A stretch of DNA of 64,000 nt from Magallana gigas (Eukaryota), in assembly GCF_963853765.1 (NCBI RefSeq), contig NC_088858.1, positions 6,944,001-7,008,000 on the forward strand, in the 5' to 3' direction. Below, piece by piece: positions 60,708-64,000 of this stretch (the stretch's first letter is position 1; each line of letters opens with the position of its first letter). The translations under genes and the position numbers were made by a program. The notes under the pieces are model-generated. The model did not search any database. It had not been told where the DNA came from and saw only the letters and a program-made list of their open reading frames with translations.

Positions 60708-61447
60708 ATTTGCATGTACATTTACCAACATTAGCATTAAAAGAAAAAAACACATTACTGGTAATTAAACTTTAAATTAATGATGCTTAAAAACTTGGCT
60801 GTTGTACCAGGCATGTCTGAATTTAAAACAATTATAACCCAGTTTTTTAAAAATTGATGTTTTTTCTTTATGCTGATTTAAGAGTCTTGTATTTTTTTCA
60901 ATATTAAGTGCTTTTAGAGGATATGTTGTCGAAACTTGATTTTGTAACATACTCTGTATATTTTAAACTTTTCATATTTTTAAGAATTTGGATTGTGTCC
61001 TGACTCTTAACTGTTTATTACATTCTGTCAAGTCCCACTTTTGTCCTACAAACTCTAATTCGAGTGTCATGTTCTATATGTTCATCTATGGTTTTGAACT
61101 TAAATCATTTCAATTCAATCAGCTTTATTCTAGTCTACAAAATATTTAACATGAATTGTCAATGTGTTTGTTAATTCAGAATCCACCTTAGTTTCTGTAA
61201 TCGCGTTGTTCTGTAGTTTTGTGGATGGAAGCTTCTTTTTAGTGTCTTATATTTTGCTGACTTTTTAAAAGTTATACCACTACCACCCTTTAGATGCGAT
61301 TCTAGTATACTTAGTATTTCTGACTTTGTGATAAGCTGGCTTCAGTGTATATGTACTTGTTTCTCTGTAAATGGTGCAACCTCTGAACCAGACAGCATTA
61401 AGTGACTGCTTCATTTTATTATCTGTTATATTTTTTTTTGTTAAATG

Positions 61448-61453
61448 AATAAA
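61448..61453 (+). terminator. Candidate polyadenylation signal of the PTP gene
   Basis: AATAAA about 1.9 kb after the stop and just before the convergent ACYP 3' end. Other AATAAA sites exist upstream. Confidence 0.3.
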
Positions 61454-61733
61454 TCACTAGATTAAGCAACAATCGTTTTATTTCATAACTCAGACACTGC
61501 TGTAGTATATGTCATGTATAAAGGGCATAAAACATACAGAACCTAGTATAAACTGTATGAAAACATCTAATTGATTTGTTAGTAATTACATGTAAATTGG
61601 AAGGCAAAAAAGGGGAAAATGTGCATGTCAAATAATTTTATTATGCTTATTTTTATTCATTTATTAGTTTTATTATGAGTATGATGTGATAAATGCATTT
61701 TTAAACGATAAAGCTCTCTGGAAGACACATTAG

Positions 61734-62242
61734 TCAGTAGTCTGGATCCGGAACCGTAAACGACTCGAATTCTAGTTTGGATATCGTTCTCTCGTTTTTG
61801 AATTCTGCTCGGTCTACCCGAGACTCTGGGCTCCCTTCCTTTTCTAACCAATCCTTCCTGTAAAAATACAAAGCGTGTCTCTGTTCACTATATCACAGGT
61901 CTCCAGAAAATAAAGTCAAGATCTTTACGATACCGCTATGCGACTTATTCCCCCTATTAATAATGTTTCAGAAGAAATGTGTTCGTAACTGGACTTACAT
62001 GACTTTGACTTTGTCCTGTGGACCCTGGGCTATTCCTGTAACTGTTCCCTGCTCCGTGTTCCTCACCCAACCGACCAGACCCAGGGACTTAGCCTTTTTC
62101 TTTGTAAACTTTGTAACACATTAAACTAATTACTTTTTAGGGGAAATTTTGTCACATTGGAAAGGCTTGACTTATGAAATTAATAAAAAAATTATATATA
62201 TTAAGTAAAACATCTGTAGAATTACCTTCCTGAAAAATACAT
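61734..62242 (-). CDS. ACYP: Acylphosphatase, 5'-partial (last three coding exons)
   Basis: Exons 62226-62242 (xVFFRK), 61999-62108 ([36 protein letters not shown]) and 61734-61857 ([41 protein letters not shown]). Matches ACYP1 VFFRK...LGLVGWVQNT..GTV.G..QGP...WL...GSP. Catalytic Arg and Asn are present. No first exon found in the window. Confidence 0.93.
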
Positions 62243-62696
62243 CTGAAAAAGAAATAATAAAAATATCAATTTAAAATAAAGAACAAATTGGACAAAAGTC
62301 TGTAATAGAACATCCACGATTATACAGAATTAGAGTGTTAAAAATGTTATGGAGTAAGTTACATGTACACACGCCTCCGTAAATTGATTAGAACAAACAA
62401 ATTCTTGGGGAATGGTGGTGATTATTAATGACGATGCAATATTGCTTGAAATATTTGCGGATCATTATGGTACATGCATGTACATTATCTTGTCACAGAA
62501 ATGCAGGTTATTATTCCCAAGATATTTTTATTTGACAACTGAAAGAATCATGATGCAAGATGAATTGGTTTTACATTGCACCTTATATCACTTTGGTCTA
62601 GTTTAAATGGCTGGAAATGGACCATTTTTACTATACATGTAATAATACAGAGGTAGTGTTTAAGTTGACTATAAAAAAACTCATTTGAACGTGTCT

Positions 62697-62788
62697 CAAT
62701 CTAATTAAAATTAGATGTTAGATCCGCTCCCTTACTACTTGTGTAGCGAGTAAGCGAGCGGATCTAACATCAAATTTAAATTAGATTG
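62697..62788. mobile_element. 92-bp fully palindromic MITE with 9-bp TSD (Mutator-like)
   Basis: aacgtgtct|caatctaatt...aattagattg|aacgtgtct. Confidence 0.85.
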
Positions 62789-63031
62789 AACGTGTCTTAC
62801 TTAACAATTTTCAGTCATTTTCAAAGAAAATTTATATCGATATATCTTTTGGATAAAATAAATAAATGTAGTCACAAACCAACGTTAGATACAAACTAAC
62901 ATGCCTTAACCTATGTATATACATGTATTATGTATAATTATATACACTGGAAATTAATTGAGTATCTCAGTATTGTCCAAATTCGCCCCTTTTTATTCAA
63001 GGATTGGGTACACCCTCAGTCGATCGAACAT

Positions 63032-63119
63032 CATCTTCGCTAACCAAGGTTTACGATCCGCTCCTCTCAAAAGAGAGGGAAGAAGAGGAGCGGATCGTCA
63101 TCCTCGGTTAGCGAAGATG
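63032..63119. repeat. 88-bp palindromic short element
   Basis: catcttcgctaaccaagg..acgatccgctcctc / gaggagcggatcgt..cctcggttagcgaagatg. No clean TSD. Confidence 0.75.
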
Positions 63120-63890
63120 GTCCACCACAAACTAAGGTGGTGGTGAAAATTATGTTATATACACTAATCATATTCTAAATCATAATGCATGCAGGACAAG
63201 ATGTCAGCCAGATCTAGCTCTGTATCCAAGCGTTTCGTTGTTCAACCAGAAGATCTGCGTTAGTTGTCAAAAAGAAAGTGGTTTCTATTAACTGTGAAAT
63301 GCTGTTTAAAATCTCACTTCTTTCCCATGTTTCCCTAGAAATTTCTTTTTTTATTTACAATATTAATACTACTGAGTACACAGGAAAAGGCACAGCGAGT
63401 CCATATGCATCCCAGCCTTCATCTATTTTCGAAGAATGCAGTTCTGTGGTGATGCTGAATTATGCCTGATCACGCCATCTTCCCAAGTCAAGGGTTTCTG
63501 ATCCGCACCGCTTTGTGAGATTTAGAAATACAAGAAAACGTCGGTTGAAAAAGTTGGGGGAGGGGGTGTTCTCGCATTATCACCGGTGTGAGATCGGTTT
63601 GTCCAGCGTGACAGCAGTGTGAGATTTTTTGGTCTTACACTGTGTATTACTACGCCGCTTTTTAAAAACGTAAAAAACGTTGTCTGCTTTAGAGAAATGA
63701 AAAATGATGGATTGAAATTATCCATTGAGTAATTGTTTTGCTTATTAATTATAGTTTATCATATTTTAATTGAAATAAATGTCGTGTGCTCTCATCGGAG
63801 GGATAAATCGAAAGTAATCAACAGAGTAGTCAGAAATCAGTTTTTAATGTAAAATAATGCGAGAAAAATAATCATTCATTATATACTCGG

Positions 63891-64000
63891 GTGGGGTAGT
63901 GAAATTCCACCTCGGGGCCAAGATTCACTGTCTAGAACTCGGCAAAGCCTCGTCATAGACCGTGAATATTGTCACCGAGGTGGAAGTTCACTATCCCACA
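63891..64000. repeat. Hairpin element truncated by the window end (apex ggc-aaa-gcc)
   Basis: tagtgaaattccacctcgg...ccgaggtggaagttcacta. Confidence 0.75.

Noticed and set aside
63184-63460. Candidates for ACYP coding exon 1
   Set aside because: Neither acceptor-bearing segment encodes the expected V.FEV.G.VQ motif. The exon probably lies beyond the window.

Overview
AT-rich, intron-rich animal DNA, most likely a bivalve mollusc such as an oyster (inferred from the repeat types and gene structure). No prokaryotic features. Manual splice-and-frame reconstruction gives five complete genes and one partial gene: a CXorf65/C22orf15-like gene (-, 15000-18452, 155 aa); an atypical Rho-family GTPase with G12M/Q61K/A159S-equivalent substitutions (+, 20494-25300, 202 aa); a serine palmitoyltransferase small subunit not represented in the ORF track (+, 31777-33981, 69 aa); a 13-exon type I membrane protein with three EGF repeats (-, 34870-46657, ~585 aa); a PTPN14/PTPN21 (Pez) FERM tyrosine phosphatase (+, 50239-59525, ~1179 aa); and the 3' part of an acylphosphatase (-, 61734-62242). 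One intron of the EGF gene holds a nested stack of four transposons: a hAT host containing a 780-bp TIR element and a 4.3-kb pogo element, whose transposase has lost its third catalytic Asp and which itself carries a MITE. Many MITEs are present, together with ~110-150 bp DNA hairpins capped by a C-GAA-G type triloop and a foldback element carrying a 20-bp-period palindrome array. The first ~14 kb has no confidently assigned gene. All coordinates were counted by hand and no database searches were run.
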